The translations under genes and the position numbers were made by a program. The notes beneath the pieces are model-generated. The model worked only from the letters and a program-made list of their open reading frames with translations. It made no database searches and was not told where the DNA came from. Source: a virus. From it: a DNA stretch of 33,217 nt. Shown one piece after another: positions 31,646 through 33,217 of this stretch (position 1 is its first letter; every line of letters starts with the position of its first letter). The DNA is taken from the IMG/VR virus record IMGVR_UViG_3300020185_000005, positions 1-33,217 of that record; one strand, 5' to 3'.

Positions 31646-33217
31646 ATGGCACAACACGATTACAACATAGCAAACCAGTCAGGTGCAGATTTTAGAGCAG
31701 ATTTAAACAATGCTCTTTTAGCTATTGCAACAGTCAATAGTGGAGCAACTGAACCATCAACTACATTTGCCCATCAATTATGGGTAGATACATCAAGCAG
31801 TGTATTAAAGATTAGAAACGCTGCTGATAATGCATGGATTACTACAGGTGTTAGTATCACTGCATCTAATACTTTTACAGGCAATTTAACAGGAAATGTC
31901 ACTGGTAATCTAACAGGTAATGTTACAGGTAATGTGACTGGAGACTTAACAGGTAATGCTGATTCTGCTGATATTTTAAGTACAGCAAGAACCATATCTT
32001 TATCAGGTGATGTTGTGGGTTCAGTATCTTTTGATGGTAGTGCTAATGTTGATATAGATACAGTAGTTCAAATTAATTCTATTACCTTAGGAACTGATAC
32101 TACAGGTGATTATGTTGAATCTATGTCAGGTGGTACTGGGGTAACAGTAACAGGTGGAACTGGTGAAGGTTCTACTCCTAGTGTTGCTATAGGACAAGCT
32201 GTAGCTACAACTGATGATGTTACTTTTAATATTATTACAGCAACTGATGAATTTGTTGGTGATTTAGATGGTGCTGTTAGATTTAGTGCAAAAGCTGGTG
32301 AAGCATTAACAAAAGGTGATTTAGTTTATGTCTCAGGAGTTTCAGGTGATGTTCCAGTGGTATCTAAAGCTAAAGCTGATGATGTTTCTAAAATGCCTGT
32401 ATTTGGTTTAGCTGTAACAGATGCGAATAATAATGCAGGATTACAAGTTGCAACATTTGGTACGTTAGATGGATTAGATACCTCAGGTGTATCAGAAGGA
32501 CAAATTTTATATGCTTCAACAACAGCAGGTGCTTATACAACAACAAAACCAACAGGTGAATCAAGTCAAATACAAAACATAGGTAAAGTTATAAGAAGTC
32601 ATGCTGCTGCTGGTTCAATTAAAATAGGTGGTGCTGGTAGAAGTAATGATGTTCCAAACTTAAATGATGGCAAGATATTTATAGGTAATGCTTCTAATCA
32701 AGCAGTTACTTCAACACTTGATACTTCTATAGTTGTTGAGAATACTAATCTTTACTATACAACTACAAGAGCAAATACAGATTTCGATACAAGATTAGCT
32801 ACTAAAGATACAGGTGATTTAACTGAAGGTAGCAACTTATATTACACAACAGCTAGAGTTAATTCAGATTTTGATACTAGACTTGCAACTAAGTCTACAA
32901 CTGATTTAGCAGAAGGTACTAATTTATATTACACATCAGCTAGATTTGATTCAGCTTTTACGTCTAAAGATACAGATGATTTAAGCGAAGGAACAACTAA
33001 TTTATATTATACAACTGCAAGATTTGATTCTGCTTTTGGTAATAAAACAACTTCTGATTTAACAGAAGGCACAAATTTATACTATACAGATACAAGAGCA
33101 AATTCAGCTATTGATACAAGAGTTACTAAAGCATTTGTTGATGCACTAGGAATACAAGCATCAAGTGTAGATGCTAACTCAGTAACACTTGGAACTGATA
33201 CAGTGGGTAACTATGTT
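31646..33217 (+). CDS. Tail fibre, 5' part (runs off the window; continues at 128..2470 after the 127-bp overlap)
   Basis: This ORF is absent from the track because it has no stop inside the window. The ATG is at 31646, after AAGAGA. The N-terminus MAQHDYNIANQSGADFRADLNNALLAIATVNSGATEPSTTFAHQLWVDTSSSVLKIRNAADNAWI is a widely conserved phage tail-fibre N-terminal motif as I recall it. The frame is open to the last base. Confidence 0.85.
   Translation, partial: MAQHDYNIANQSGADFRADLNNALLAIATVNSGATEPSTTFAHQLWVDTSSSVLKIRNAADNAWITTGVSITASNTFTGNLTGNVTGNLTGNVTGNVTGDLTGNADSADILSTARTISLSGDVVGSVSFDGSANVDIDTVVQINSITLGTDTTGDYVESMSGGTGVTVTGGTGEGSTPSVAIGQAVATTDDVTFNIITATDEFVGDLDGAVRFSAKAGEALTKGDLVYVSGVSGDVPVVSKAKADDVSKMPVFGLAVTDANNNAGLQVATFGTLDGLDTSGVSEGQILYASTTAGAYTTTKPTGESSQIQNIGKVIRSHAAAGSIKIGGAGRSNDVPNLNDGKIFIGNASNQAVTSTLDTSIVVENTNLYYTTTRANTDFDTRLATKDTGDLTEGSNLYYTTARVNSDFDTRLATKSTTDLAEGTNLYYTSARFDSAFTSKDTDDLSEGTTNLYYTTARFDSAFGNKTTSDLTEGTNLYYTDTRANSAIDTRVTKAFVDALGIQASSVDANSVTLGTDTVGNYV
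31877..31960 (+). repeat. Seven tandem 12-bp units encoding (T-G-N/D-x)7
   Basis: The units are ACAGGCAATTTA, ACAGGAAATGTC, ACTGGTAATCTA, ACAGGTAATGTT, ACAGGTAATGTG, ACTGGAGACTTA and ACAGGTAATGCT. They lie inside the fibre N-terminal region. Confidence 0.9.
32738..33130 (+). repeat. Five tandem 25-29-aa repeats of (T/S/A)EGxNLYYTxxR(A/V/F)(N/D)S.F in the tail fibre
   Basis: The NLYY codons start at 32747, 32834, 32921, 32999 and 33074, giving spacings of 87, 87, 78 and 75 bp. The last unit spans the circular junction. Confidence 0.9.
33091..33217. repeat. Exact 127-bp copy of the window start (1..127)
   Basis: See the feature at 1..127. Confidence 0.95.

Noticed and set aside
31774-31995. 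A minus-strand ORF encoding PVTLPVTLPVRLPVTFPVKLPV repeats
   Set aside because: It is the mirror image of the in-frame 12-bp TGNx repeat array of the tail-fibre gene.
31646-33217. A diversity-generating retroelement targeting the fibre repeats
   Set aside because: There is no reverse transcriptase gene anywhere in the genome. There is also no template/variable repeat pair with adenine-specific differences.

Overview
The window is a complete, circularly closed genome of an AT-rich tailed phage with siphovirus-type tail genes. The first 127 bp (1..127) are identical to the last 127 bp (33091..33217), so the unique length is 33,090 bp. The long open frame that runs off the right end continues in phase into the ORF at the left end, giving one ~1304-aa tail-fibre gene. 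All credible genes are on the + strand.

Module order:
- tail fibre 3' part
- lysis cassette: small membrane protein, 3-TM holin, T4-type lysozyme
- early small-ORF block behind a promoter-like cassette
- recombination and replication genes: YqaJ-type exonuclease, RHH protein, Hjc-like resolvase, SSB-like protein ending in DDLPF, Toprim/RepA-like primase-helicase
- an 8-bp iteron array (putative origin)
- three unknown or nuclease genes
- a GC-rich patch (candidate cos)
- Nu1-like small terminase and lambda gpA-like large terminase
- a 2.2-kb nucleotide-metabolism island: MazG-like, DUF1599-like, ThyA-like, dCMP deaminase
- gpW-like protein and lambda-family portal
- a 930-aa accessory-domain/prohead-protease/scaffold/HK97-capsid polyprotein
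- connector, tail terminator, tail tube
- G/GT-type chaperone with a -1 frameshift, then tape measure
- distal tail proteins
- a 1347-aa J-like hub protein with a C-terminal S74 intramolecular-chaperone domain
- fibre-associated genes

No DNA polymerase, integrase, repressor, tRNA or CRISPR array was seen.

The most unusual signal is the nucleotide island. Its thymidylate-synthase homologue keeps the catalytic core but has Asp at the position of the dUMP-specifying Asn177 of E. coli ThyA. That is the signature of dCMP-modifying enzymes such as T4 gp42. The island sits between terL and the gpW/portal genes and is driven by a copy of the early promoter/RBS cassette. Together this suggests a compact cytosine-modification module producing 5-methyl- or 5-hydroxymethyl-dC. 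All functional calls rest on motif recognition by eye, and no database searches were run.
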